From positions 40,300,001 through 40,364,000 of the forward strand of contig CM022670.1 of assembly GCA_012295275.1 (NCBI GenBank): a stretch of DNA of 64,000 nucleotides, written 5' to 3'. Below the pieces are notes generated by a model that worked only from the letters and a program-made list of their open reading frames with translations, did no database searches and was not told the DNA's origin. Below are positions 1 through 12,750 of the stretch, piece by piece; the stretch's first letter is position 1, and every line of letters starts with the position of its first letter. Source of the DNA: Chrysomallon squamiferum. Lineage: Eukaryota; Animalia; Mollusca. The position numbers and the translations under genes were made by a program.

Positions 1-918
1 TACTAGTGTTATTGTTATAATTATTAGTACTGTTGTAGGACCTATACTTCTGCGGTAACAATAAATTGATTAATTAATTTATTATTTTTGTCTTTCCTTG
101 TTCAGTTCACTCGCTCGCTGTCTTGTGTTGGCTCTTACAGTTGAAGTAATTGTGACAAATTCCTGGTGACACCCAAGGCCGCACTGTATCCTATACGTCC
201 CATATCCTCACATTGTTTCTAAGTTGTCATCTTGTTCCCACAGCGTCCGCTTAGCTTGCGATTCCTTTGATTAATCGAGATCAGTATGTGTGTTACTGTA
301 GCCGTAACCCATGGCTACAACCTGTTGATTACGTCATAGTGGAACTCTCGAGTGAAAGAAAGCAATAATTCTTGCGTGCTGTACTTACTGTTATGCAAAT
401 GAGGGATTGTTACGTATCATTCTAATAATATATCTGATGGTTCGTTGCGTTAGATACCATTAACTTAAACAAAGGTCAATACAAAAACGGCATATTTCAC
501 AGGAATGTCCTTGTGTATGTGTCTATGTGTGTATGTGTGTATGTGTGTAATTGCGTCAGGTATATTAGTATACGTACATACGCTCACATCAGCAGAAATA
601 TTTGTATGGGTGCGTTTGTAATATATTTATTTATACATTTATACTGTTTCAGCTTGTATATTTAATATTAATAATTATTTTTGAATCATTTGATTTTTAA
701 TTTGAATTCATCTATATTCATCATCATTTGTTGTTGTTGTTGTTGTTGTTTTCGTTGTTAATTTTTTTTTTTTAATTTTTTTAAATTATTTTTTATGGCA
801 TTCTTCATAATCATTATTCTAAAGACTATGCAGATCAAAAATACCAGTAATTTAAATACATCAACACTGAATAATGGTTGTTTACGAAATTAGATAGTTC
901 CGGCGAGATGAAGAATAG

Positions 919-1035
919 TTTCCCTTGTTACGTAACTCTCTACGGTCAGGAGGTAATTAATTGCTGTTCCGCTTTGCGCACTCGATCCGGTGACCCGAGA
1001 CAAGCTATGACGTCTGGTCGGTGAAAATCTGGAAC
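919..1035. promoter_or_regulatory. Repeated non-coding module, copy 1 (putative enhancer/promoter)
   Basis: TTCCCTT-GTTACGTAAC (927-936), GGTAATTAATT (952), GTTC (966), GCACT (978), TGACGTC (1008), GTGAAAATCTGGAAC (1021-1035). Same motifs and spacing as the copies at ~4952 and ~5615. Regulatory function is inferred. Confidence 0.55.
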
Positions 1036-1686
1036 TTACCCACAGTTCACTCTCTCTCTCTCCAGGGTGATGAATGAAAACGACTCTGCGCGGCTGAATG
1101 ATAACTTTACAGTCGAAACTTGTAAAACTTTTACCTTTTAGACAGGATACGTGTCAAAAAAAAAAAAAAAAAAGAATTATGAAAAAGATGATAAAAATGA
1201 AAAAAAAAAAAAAAAAAAAAAATGACATTGAAGAACGACAAATGAAGAAGAAGAAAATGTCGATGATAATGATTGATGGTGAAAAACACATAAACTTGCA
1301 GTGTAAGCAAATTAATTTATGAATGAATGTTTATATGAGGTACACCTGTGTACAATTGTAACTTGTAGTAAGATGTTTTTTACGCAGCAGGTTAAACATA
1401 TTTTTGGCTCCCCTTGCGAAAATGTTACTAAGAAAAGATTATAAAAAAAAAACAACCAAAACCTTTATAGATCTCGATCCGCTCTGAAATGTGCGTGTGT
1501 GTGCGTGTGCGTACGTCTGTGTGTTTGTGACATTAATTAATAATAAAAATAAATAAAAACAGACCTACAACTAAATAAATAAATAAATAAGTAAGATAAT
1601 AAATAAATAAATAAATAATAGTAAATAAATACATAAATAAGTAAGTTAATAAATAAATAAATAATATATTTTTATTATTATTCATA

Positions 1687-1717
<31 letters not shown>

Positions 1718-2005
1718 ACATATAAAAATGGTTTATCTTTATCTATTTAAGTTCTTACAAACATATAAATAGATCGTTATTGTCAACGACCTCTCTATTT
1801 CACTGAGATGAATTATTAGTTTTTCTGATGATAATTGGTCTGGTAACACTCGTTAATATTTATTAAGTTGTTATAGTTATGAAATAAAATTCAGAGGCTA
1901 CTGTTTTAAGTAAATAAAATTCATTCAGTATGCAAATTTCAGTGGTAGAAATTTTAGCATAAAATAAATAAATAAAATAAAAAATATCAATAATAATAAT
2001 AATAA

Positions 2006-2007
<2 letters not shown>

Positions 2008-2036
<29 letters not shown>

Positions 2037-2062
2037 AAGAAGAAGAAGAAGAAGAAGAAGAA
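2008..2062. repeat. (GAA)n microsatellite
   Basis: Pure GAA run following an (AAT)n run. Confidence 0.95.
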
Positions 2063-3057
2063 AAGATAACCGAATTAACAACACAAAATATTTATTTTCT
2101 ATTTTCTGTTTTATACTGCATTTTTTATTTTCATTTTTTTTTTTATTTTTTTTTTTTTTTTTTTTTTCAATAACCGGATAGTGATCTTAGATTGTGCATT
2201 TAGTACATAATAATTACATTACAATTCGAAAGTAAAATTTCAATATTCAATTTTTTTCTATTTTGGTTATTTTGTTTTATCCGGTTTAATTTAGAGGTAT
2301 GGACATGAATATATTAATATTTGTGGTTTTGCGGTTTGGGTGATTATTTTATTTTATTTTTTTTATTATTATTTATTGATTTTATTTATTTATTTATTTA
2401 TTTTTTTTTTTTTTTGAAATTTGAAATTATTTTTCAGGGAGTTTTGTTTTTGTGGAATTGGGATGGGAGTATTTGTATTTGTTTTCTAATCTAGTCAAAA
2501 TTGTGTCTGTTTATTTAGTTGTTTTTTTTTTTTTTGTTTTTCATCATGACAAATTCTCACATGTTAAGGAATTGTTTTTTATGTGAAAGTAATTAAATGA
2601 ACTCACGCAAACTGAACTTATCCTTTGTCTGGCAATTCAAATGATCTTAAAATGCACAGCTTAGCTGCACCGAAAATAATTTTAATATCTGAAGTAGAAC
2701 ATGAAAGAAGGAAAAATTAAGGCAACAGAAATTAACAAGAAATTAAGAAATAAAATTTGTAATGCAGATGTCAAATTTTTTCTGTACATCTTTTGTATCC
2801 GTGACAACCATATTTGTTATATTGCACAGCTGAGTTTGTTGAAAATTTCAAACTTGTTGAGAATATCTATATTCATCTCTCTTTTTTTTTCTCTTTTTTT
2901 GTTTTTTTTTTTTTTTGCTTATTTTATCTTTAATTTATTTCAACTTTACTGACATTATATTGCCTTCACTTTTCTGGTTTTAGTTCGTTATAACTATCTT
3001 GTAATTGTTTTGTTTGGCATTTTTACATGAAATAACACTTTGAAATCAAAATCAGTG

Positions 3058-3061
<4 letters not shown>

Positions 3062-3115
<54 letters not shown>
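3062..3115. repeat. (TG)n microsatellite
   Basis: Pure TG run. Confidence 0.95.
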
Positions 3116-3118
<3 letters not shown>

Positions 3119-3697
3119 GAGAGGGAAAAATCTTCGTTTCTATATGTTCAGGACTTTGCTAAAATATTACATTATAATACTGCATAGTTACTTGTGTCAA
3201 AATATGTGCCTGTGGATGTTTGCCTTCATTCGTTTATTTATTAATTTCCATTGGTTAAATATTCGTCGCACGTTCATTGGTCAAAATGAACGTGCAGGAG
3301 ACTTTCATTGGTTGATGTGACGACTTTTGTTGCAACTGCCTAATTTCTCGTGGTTATCTTTGCTTGCACATTTTTACTTGCTCTTCTATGTTTTCCACTG
3401 CTCATGTTACAAAGAATTCTGCATAAAAAAATGGAAAGTCTAAAATGAAAATAATTTTGAATTTTGGAACGCGTGTATTTTACGAATATAAAATATGATT
3501 ACCGAAAATACGAATAAAAACAAAAAAGAGAAAGGAGCATTTTTTACGGAGATGTAGAAGTTCTGATGGCAAAGAATGAAAGTCAGTGAGTTTTTACAGA
3601 AACGACATCTGTTTTCTTTTCTCGATGTTTTCGGGGACTGGTCATCGTGTTTGTGAGTAAACTGTTCAAAGAAGGTATTGAATACAAAAAAAGTTGT

Positions 3698-3726
3698 ATT
3701 TAACAGTAATAATAATAATAATAGAT

Positions 3727-3787
<61 letters not shown>

Positions 3788-4035
3788 AATAAACTATGTT
3801 GTTGTTTTTCTTAAATATGAAATAAAGAATTAACATAATAATAATAATAATTTAATAAATATTTAACAGTAATAATAATAATATTATTAATAATAGTAAT
3901 AATAGATATAGTAATAATAATAATAATAATAATAGCAACAACATCAACAACAGCAATAAAAATAAACTATGTTGTTGTTTTTCTTAAATACGAAATAAAT
4001 AAAGAACTAACACAATAATAATAATAATAATAATA
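3698..4035. repeat. Two-copy tandem duplication (~165 bp) of an (AAT)n/(AAC)n-containing unit
   Basis: TATTTAACAGTAATAAT...ATAGATATAGT...AAATAAACTATGTTGTTGTTTTTCTTAAATA occurs twice in tandem. Confidence 0.85.
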
Positions 4036-4059
4036 TCATTATGCATTTTAGTTATAATA

Positions 4060-4790
4060 GCAGTTGTAATTTTAATAATAGTTGGTAACAATAGTCGTAG
4101 AAGTAGCTGACGTAGGAGAAGTAACTGTAGTAGCAGTAGTAGTAGTAGTTGTTATGAAAGTAGAAGCAGTAATAGTAATAGTTGCAGTAACAGTAGTAGT
4201 AGTAGTAGCAGTAGTAGCAGCAGTAAAAAAAGTAGCAGCTGAAGCTGTAGATGTCATAACAGTTGTAGTATTATCTATGTGGTGATTGTATTGGCAATAG
4301 CAGTTGTTGTAGTAGTAGCAGTAGTAGTAGCAGTATTATAGCAACTGTAGATGTGATTACAGTAGTATTAGTAGTATATGTGGTGGTAGTTGTATTGACA
4401 ATAGTAGTAGTAGTAGTGATAGTAGAAGTAGTAGTAGTAGTAGCAGTAGTAGTAACAGTAGTAGTAGTAGCAGCAGCAGCAGTAGCATTACAGCAGATGT
4501 AGATGTGTTAACAGTTGTATTATAGCTTATGTGGTAGTGGTTGTAATAATAATAGTAGTAGTAGTAGAAGTAGTAGTAGTAGCTGTATGGCAGCTGTTGA
4601 TGTGATACAGTAATATTATAGCATGGTGGCTGTTGTTGTAATAGCATAAGTAATGGCAACAGTAGTTGTAGTATTAGCAGTAAAAGTAGCAGCAACAGCA
4701 GCAGTTTTAGTAATAATAATAGTAGCAGTAGTAGAAGTAGCTATAGTAGTAGTAGTAGCTATAGTAGAAGTAGTAACGGTAGTAGAAAAT
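4060..4790. repeat. Degenerate (GTA/GCA)n low-complexity tract
   Basis: GTA-based trinucleotide tract with a recurring TGTAGATGT...TATGTGGT subunit. It produces the spurious poly-V/T/L ORFs. Confidence 0.9.
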
Positions 4791-4951
4791 CAACTGAAAT
4801 TCGTTATTGCATGAGCTTTTTTTCTTCTTCTTTTTTTTCTTTTTCTACTTTCCTGTTTAATGTCAATCAGTTGCTGTCTTCAGTGCTCGATATATCTCTT
4901 CTTTTTTTTTTTGTATCGTGTTTTTCACTCTTCTCTCTCTGTGATGGATCA

Positions 4952-5062
4952 CTTCCCTTGTTACATAACTCTCCGCGGTTTCCAGGTAATTAATTCGCGT
5001 TCTATTTAACGCACTTTCTCTCTGCCGGCTGCTGACGTCATGTAGTAGGTGGAGTGAAAACT
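4952..5062. promoter_or_regulatory. Repeated non-coding module, copy 2
   Basis: TTCCCTT-GTTACATAAC (4960-4969), GGTAATTAATT (4985), GTTC (4999), GCACT (5011), full CRE TGACGTCA (5033), GTGAAAACTG (5054). Confidence 0.55.
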
Positions 5063-5415
5063 GAGGACAACTAGGTCACTGCAGGTCAGAGTACAACACT
5101 GATGTGTTGACCCTAATAATATTAAACATGATTAGAATTATTTAAATAACTCTTTAGGTATTGTTTACTTCATTGTATTTTTAAAATGAACGCGTTTCCT
5201 GTTCGCTTTCGTTTTTGTTTTATGTTTTTGTTAAAGATGTTATACATACCTCAGTATTATTATCCTCATCTATCTTTTGATTTTAAGATTTGATTCTTAA
5301 GCAATATATAAATAATGAACTTTTTTTTTTTTTTTTTTTTTTTTGTTCTTTCATTCTATCGTGGCTCTTATTATGTCTCCGATTATGTTTTTCCTTGTCT
5401 TTTGTTTCTCTAAGC

Positions 5416-5555
<140 letters not shown>

Positions 5556-5614
5556 CATGTACATTTGTCTATTTATTTCTCTGAAAACACATTCTTATAC
5601 ACGATGATGAACGG

Positions 5615-5722
5615 TTTTCCTTATTACATAACTTTCGGTTTTTGTGAGGTAATTAATAGCTGTTCTCTTTACTGCACTATGATCATCACCTCTTGTTTAT
5701 GAAGCGAGTGAAAATCTGGAAC
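5615..5722. promoter_or_regulatory. Repeated non-coding module, copy 3
   Basis: TTCCTT-ATTACATAAC (5623-5632), GGTAATTAAT (5648), GTTC (5662), GCACT (5674), GTGAAAATCTGGAAC (5708-5722). Confidence 0.55.
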
Positions 5723-8667
5723 GACTGACTTCTCCCGAGGTTACTAGCCTTCATTTCACGTAAGCTAATCAAGAACGACACGGCAAAGGTAAATGATTAT
5801 CATTATTATTATTATTACAACAGGTATGCTCCGTTTATGTGCCTCTCAGGTATGCAATATTATGTTAGCAGTCGTTTCTTATGGTTTATGGACAAATCAG
5901 CGAAATTAATGGTCATCGCCGTAATAGTTAAAGTGATGTGTAATGTATAAGCTATTAATAAGAAAAAGTATACTAAAAATACTACAGCGGTAATTTCGTG
6001 AATTTGTAAATAATAATAATAATGACTGTGATGATATGTATTATAAATGTTTGATTTGTCGTTTAATATCCATTGTTTTATAGTACAGAAAACATTTACG
6101 GTGTCCAGCAGTCAAATATAATACAAATTATGTATTTGTAGCACAAACCACGGCCAATACACATAATAAATCATAAATTCTTTGTTGTTGTTTGTTTTAT
6201 AATATATTTATATAAAAGATAATTTTTATTCTTTTTGTTGTTAAATGAGGGTGGGTGTTTGGGTAGAGCGTGAATACGTTGTTAGAGGTGATGTTTTAAA
6301 TTATCAACACAGTGACAACAACAACAACAACAATTATAATAATAATAATAATAACAACAACAACAACAACAACAACAACAATTATAATAATAATAATAAT
6401 AATAACAACAACAACAATGTGAATCATGCAAATAGAACAGTTTTTAAGTTTTAACATGATGAAGAAAATACTGTTCTAATTTTTTTTATTTCCTACTGTC
6501 CTGATAATGACACAAATGTAGTTTTAACATACACATTATTATTATTTATACTCTGACCTACCTAGACACAAGAATATAGATTAACAGTGAATCTCATTCT
6601 TCCTGAATTAACATTATGACAAACACGTAAAGCCTGGGCCATCGATTTCAATTCTCTTGCTGCCAGAACACATGAACGATACACTCGTCACACAACAAAA
6701 CATAAAATTATTGGGCCATGAGTTTTCAGATTTGCCTTAGCTCGCGGACAATGGTCAGCGTTTAACGAGACCAGTCGACAGGTTAACGACACTGGAAAGG
6801 CGAAGACCTCCAGCTATAGGCTTATTGCAGTTCGGGTTAATCCTCGTGACGTAGAAATTGTTTTCCCCACCACCTCTAAACTTGCTGGTGTTCGTTTTTC
6901 TTTTTTTCTTTTTTTTTTTTTATTCTTTCTCTTGGTTTCATGTGCTGGATACAGATAATCGACCTTAATTTAGCTAAATTGTATCAGTGGTCGACTATTA
7001 AACGGTGTCACGTTTTGGTCCTGAATATTATACATTTAGCTATATTCGATAATTTAATGCAGTATATATATATATATGTATAGAAATAATAGTAAAAATG
7101 CCTTTTTAGTATTTATGCAGAAAGAAATAGACTTAGGCATTTTAATTCCATGTTTATCACTGAAAGTAATTAGTTTTTTTTTTTTAAATTATGATACAAA
7201 TTTGAATTTAAGTGTATATGTATAAAGGATGTGTTTGTGTGCGTGCGTGTGTGTGTGTGTGTGTGTGTGTGTTAATATTTTGTTCATTTATTAATAATGC
7301 ATTAATCTTTTAACTCAGTTTTTTTTCTTCTAGTTTTAGGTTCAAGTACGACAGTCCTGTCCACGAAATGGTTGCCTAAGATTTGCAGCTTACACACCAT
7401 TCAGTGTGTCGAAATGAATGATTAAATGTTAAAAAATAAAATTTTTACAAAGAATGACAAGTGTTTTGTTTTTGTTGTTGTTTGTTTATGTCTTGTTTTG
7501 TTTCTTTTTTATTTTATTTTAATAATGTTTTCTCCAATATATTTTATTTCTCTGTTCATTAATATGTTTATTTATTTAGTAATATATATCTAAAAAATAT
7601 AATAATAATAATAATAAAAAATATAATAATATTTTTCAATCAAATTTCAATAAGTCTTCTCCGTCTTTTTTTAAAGTTATAGAAGAAAGTGGAAAAAAAA
7701 ATGTATCTAAACAAATATTTTTTCCCTCTAAAATTTGCCTTCTATTTTTTTTATTTTTATTTTTATTTTTTTTGGCAGTTATAAAGCAAGCAATGTTAAC
7801 TAAACATCGCAGAAAGGTGATCGCGAAAATCTGTAATCTGACAGTCAACGTGGAACTGGTGAACACACCGTTACTCAAACATTCAGTTTTCGTGTGAGGT
7901 GGTTCAGTGCAGAGGACTCGAGCCAACAGGGCGGGGTCTTTGGTCACGAACACAGACGTCTTCCTCGAAGTGTCACACGTTCCGTTCAGATGTTTCCCAC
8001 ATCGCAACAACAAAAGCGAGTATTTTTACCGTAATCTTGTCAAATTTTGTGGTGGGGAAAACGTCGCTATTTTTGTCTCTCTCATTTCAGTGTTTCAACC
8101 CTGACATTTTTTTATCAAATATTTTATTTTTTCAAACTTAGAAATAATTTCAGGATGCTCTGTCTTTAGCTCATGTAGTCTTATTTGTTAGAATAGCATA
8201 ATTTTTGTTAATGTTATTATGCTAAAACGAACCCCAAAGAGTTTTAAAATTTTTTTTTTATATAAGTTTGATGTTTGCTATTTCACATAAAGTATCATAA
8301 CAAAATTTTACTATGTCTAAATATACGTGTACATTAATAATATACTTCAGTAATCTCAGAATACGTTATGTAAATCTAGTCAAAACAACAGACAATAATG
8401 AATTAAATACAATTTTTTATTTCACCATGTTAAAACAGACACAAACAGACATTTCAATGAGCAATGTTCAATAGAACAATTCGTCAATTTTCTTCTGTTG
8501 TTAATGTTCTGTTTTTAATAAATTTGCAAAAAGTTGTTTTAATTTGCTTAGTGTCTTTCAGTTGTTTGTCTTTTGTCTGAATTAACCACTTGACATCACA
8601 CTTTTCTTTTCGTTTCTCACTAAGACCTTATTTCATGTTCAACTTTGTTTTATTCACTTTGTTGTGG

Positions 8668-9027
8668 TGAAGTCATGTTCATTCTGTGAACTTGAAGAAA
8701 TGTTCATTCTGTGAACTTGAAGACATGTTCATTCTGTGAAACTGAAGTCATGTTCATTCTGTGAACTTGAAGGCATGTTCATTCTGTGAAACTGAAGTCA
8801 TGTTCATTCTGTGAACTTGAAGACATGTTCATTCTGTGAAACTGAAGTCATGTTCATTCTGTGAACTTGATTGTTCATTCTGACATGTTCATTCTGTGAA
8901 ACTGAAGACATGTTCATTCTGTCCATTCATTCTGAACTTGAAGTCATGTTCATTCTGTGAACTTGAAGACATGTTCATTCTGTGAAACTGAAGGCATGTT
9001 CATTCTGTGAAACTGAAGGCATGTTCA
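8668..9027. repeat. 25-bp minisatellite (~15 units), consensus GAAG(A/G/T)CATGTTCATTCTGTGAA(CTT/ACT)
   Basis: Directly visible. Units mostly alternate GAACTT and GAAACT variants, giving a 50-bp higher-order period. Two truncated units lie near 8871 and 8921. Confidence 0.97.
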
Positions 9028-9768
9028 GTTATTTGAAGCTGATTCTTTTCCTGCTTCTTATGAATACTTCTGACTTTTTGTTTAGTTAGTCAACCTAAAA
9101 AAACAAATAAAAAAACACGTTAATTAATGAGGCTTTATTTAATATTTATAACTGTCAAACAAAAACAAAAATATCTGCTAATTTAGATTTACGAAATGCA
9201 GTTTTATTGATAATCATCTCTTGAAAATGAGCTGGAAGCAGATTGTTCTAAGTATTTACAACAAAAGTAAATTGTTAATATCCTATAAAATATCTGTAGC
9301 AAAAAAAAACATCTAAAATCTAAAAAAAAAAAATATATACATATATATATATATATATATAAACTGTTAATTAAATAATAAAAAATTAAAACTTAGTAAT
9401 ATTGCATACCTGTCTAAATCTTTATCAAGTTGCCAATCCTCTATCTGTCCTCGTCATTGACATCAAGGTTGTTCTATCTTACGACAGCTTCGAGTTCTTA
9501 CTGGGAAAAAAGCGTGAGAAACAAAGACTCATCATCTGTAAACTCCAGTCTCTTGTAGTCTTGGTGACAAGCACTGCTGACCGTCTCTCAACTTGTTTTC
9601 GGTTGCCGTGACAACCATCGCCTTGGACTGGGTACGTCCACCACCACCACCACACCACCATGATCTTGGCTTCGTGTTTTGTTACGTCCAAGAATTTCTT
9701 CTGTGACAGTTTTTCGATCGTGTTATTTCTGTTTAACTTCAACTCTGGGAGAGATTGTGTTTGTCAGT

Positions 9769-12599
9769 CTATGGAAGTGGTATTACAGGGTTAGGAGATA
9801 TGCCGCTGTACATGGCAGTGTTGTAGAAGTCTGCCACACGTTCCTCGTCAGGAGAGAACCCATCAGCGGGAACCTGAAAGATGAGGAATTAAAAACAAAT
9901 ATTAATCTGCACACAGTAATAATTATATTATATATACATATATATATATATATATAACAAAGAAAATATATCTATTAAAGTATAACATGAAATAAATTTC
10001 TAATATTGCTACGAGAGCTTTTTAACAAATAATTTATTTTCTTTTGACAATATTTTAATATGTTTATTATTATTTTTATTATTATTATAATACATTATTA
10101 TTATTATTACAAACATATGGTTATTTCATGTAAATGTGTGTTTAACACACGGAATCAACTGTAATGCTAGTGTCAGTATGGATAACGACATTCTGTTTTG
10201 CACGTGTCATCATTATGAAACAACAGCCGACAGGTTAAGTTCCTGGTCGTAAATCACAATAACATCGGAGCTGAATAGGAAGTCAGTGACTCAGTGTTCG
10301 AGGAAATGTTTACTGGTTACGTACCTCTAACAGGACACAGCTGACGTCATCAGTATCGGCTTTCCCCAATATGGCGGCCAGTTTCTTAGAATCGTCAACC
10401 TGCACAAAACAACAAAACTATTGTGATCATCTAAAGACACATACATGCATGCATACATACATACGTATCATATGTGCGTAAGCACACATACGCACACACG
10501 TTAATATATATGAATTTTCTAATTAGACACGAACAATTATATATTAACATCAGGCCTACTATTTTTTTTTTTACCCTGAATTTTTTTTTTTTTTTTTTTT
10601 TTTTTGTTTGAGTTTTTATTTATAGCACGAGGTTTAAAAAAGGCGGGTTCTGTTTTCCAGTAACAAACAGGCGGACAAGATCGACAAACCCAAAGTGCAC
10701 TGACTGTGTTCGTCTGTTTGTTGATCGAGATAAAGACGGGGAATTGGAGCAAGTATTTGAGAAATGCCAGACAGCGAGGAAACAAAAACGTAAAAACTGG
10801 TTGAGAAAAACTAGCATGGGACACTTCGTTTAAAGCGGCTAAAAAAAAAAAATCGTGATAATCAGAAATCCCTCCAAGAAATTCAGGAGCACCGCAGTAT
10901 TCGTAAATTTCTGTTTTATCTTTCTCCTGGGTTTAAGAAGGGTCTCACGCCCGAGTCTGTGTTACGACACGTATGTTTTTCACACAAAAAAAAAAGCGTT
11001 GTGTAGCGAGTCTCAACAAATCTGTTTATCTTCAAAGCTTTAACGTTTGGGAGTGTCCCACTTTCCTCAGTAAAGATCAGTGCGCCCGTTTGTTGACTCG
11101 AAACCGAAAGAGGAATGCAGTGTTTATTTCCTTGTCAAATTCCCATGTCCAGACCGTTAATTGTTGTTAACTGAGGAAATTCTGTTCTTATTAATGTCCT
11201 GGGAAATATTTAGTTTTCATTTCCATGTACCCAGTTTGGTATTTTCACAGAAATTAACGAAACACACCTCATCGTAGATTATTTTATACAAATATAAAAT
11301 TCTATTATATAAATAATAATAAATAAATTAGACAGTGTGCAGTAATTTAGACCTACCTTGAGCATTTTTATTTCGTTTTCCCAGCAGAAGGCTTCCATCA
11401 GGGTGTACTGGATGTGCACTGTGACGTCACAACGCTTCTCGGCCTGTGGCATCAAGCAGAGCATCACGTTATCGGGCCTGGAACTCAGCAGTTTGACGCT
11501 TTCGTAAATTCCACACGTGACACTGCTGGATGCCATGGCCCGACGAACGACCCTCAGCAGGGTGTGTCCAATCACATTTTTAGTTCTGAAAAAATAACAG
11601 CAAGAATAGTTATTAAACAAATTAGACTTGATAAAAAAATATATTAGAATTTACACATTATATATCTTAGGCAGAAGCTTGTATGCTCTTTAATTCGCTT
11701 CAATTCGCTTGAGAGTGGTCAAGTGATTTTTAAACTTTACTAAGTCTTGTTAACAGGACTGCACTGCAGCACAGACGTAACTGGAGAAAGCGAGAAAAGT
11801 AGCCATATTATTCATATAATGAGCTTTTTGCAAGTTTGCGGACCTCGAAAACCGAATACGTGGCGGTCTTAAGAGTTCATGAAGCTTTGGGCTGATAGAG
11901 TCTTATGATTATACACCGTTAAATACTTGAAAGGTCGTGCAAGCGTTCTGCTTGGTAAGTACTGACGGTGCAAAAAGTTAACTTAGTGCAAAAGCCCAGT
12001 TTATGAACAAGTTATGGCTGGCCGATTTATTCAACCAGTTTTCCGTGTACCAGCTGCGAGGTAAAAAAAAAAATCATATATCTGTAAGACAGCTGCTGTT
12101 AGAAAAGTCGTTGCTGTCATCATCGTGGGACAGATTTCAATACAAAATACCTGCCTTCGTGTGCATAACTGAGTGATAAAATCAATAACTTTGCGACAGT
12201 GAAAATACTTGTTTTAAACATATTAGCCGTAACATCTGTCAATTATTATCATTCCCTGACTCCGATATAATATATTTGTATATATTTGCAATCTCAGGCA
12301 AAAAAAGAAGAAGAAGAAGCAAATAATAAACGAATAAATGAATAAATTAGTTAATTAAAAAAAACAATGTCAGTTGTTTCTGCATTAAAGAAAGCGAAAA
12401 CACTGGACTTAAAATATGATTTAACATCGAAATCGTTGTAAATAAAACAAGTGAATTTAATATAAATTTAAAAAAATAATAAAAACTTGGATTCCTACCT
12501 TTCTTCCTGAACGACTGTTGCAGATTTCACATCTGTGGTAGGTATTTTAAATATCGTATCCTGAACTGAACTAAGTTCATCAAATATATGCGGAGCCAT
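9769..12599 (-). CDS. GADD45: Growth arrest and DNA damage-inducible protein GADD45 (L7Ae/Gadd45 family), 169 aa
   Basis: Exons 12599-12499, 11585-11357, 10399-10325, 9873-9769. All introns are GT-AG and the 510 nt are in frame. The protein MAPHIFDEL...VTCGIYESVKLLSSRPDNVMLCLMP...DVTVHIQYTLMEAFCWENEIKMLKV...DVSCVLLE...PVIPLP* matches vertebrate GADD45 ([46 protein letters not shown]). Candidate AATAAA on the - strand at 9134-9139. Confidence 0.92.
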
Positions 12600-12639
12600 T
12601 TCTAACGCGTCTGCTCGTCTCTGTGACACAAAACACACT

Positions 12640-12750
12640 GCCGAGATTTCCCCAGAGCGGTTAAGTTATTCGGTGAAACGTCTTTGTGTTACTGGGTTTT
12701 CCTAGTACGAGCTCTCTGATTGGCTGGTTTTATAAGCAGTCACGTTGGCT
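12640..12750 (-). promoter_or_regulatory. GADD45 core promoter (TATA box, CCAAT box, Rel-like sites)
   Basis: TATAAAA on the - strand at 12728-12734, about 130 nt upstream of the ATG. CCAAT at 12719-12723 (-). GGGTTTTCC at 12694 and GAGATTTCCC at 12643. Confidence 0.55.

Noticed and set aside
8668-9027. CRISPR-like appearance of the 25-bp array
   Set aside because: Units are head-to-tail with no unique spacers, there are no cas genes, and the context is eukaryotic. It is a minisatellite.
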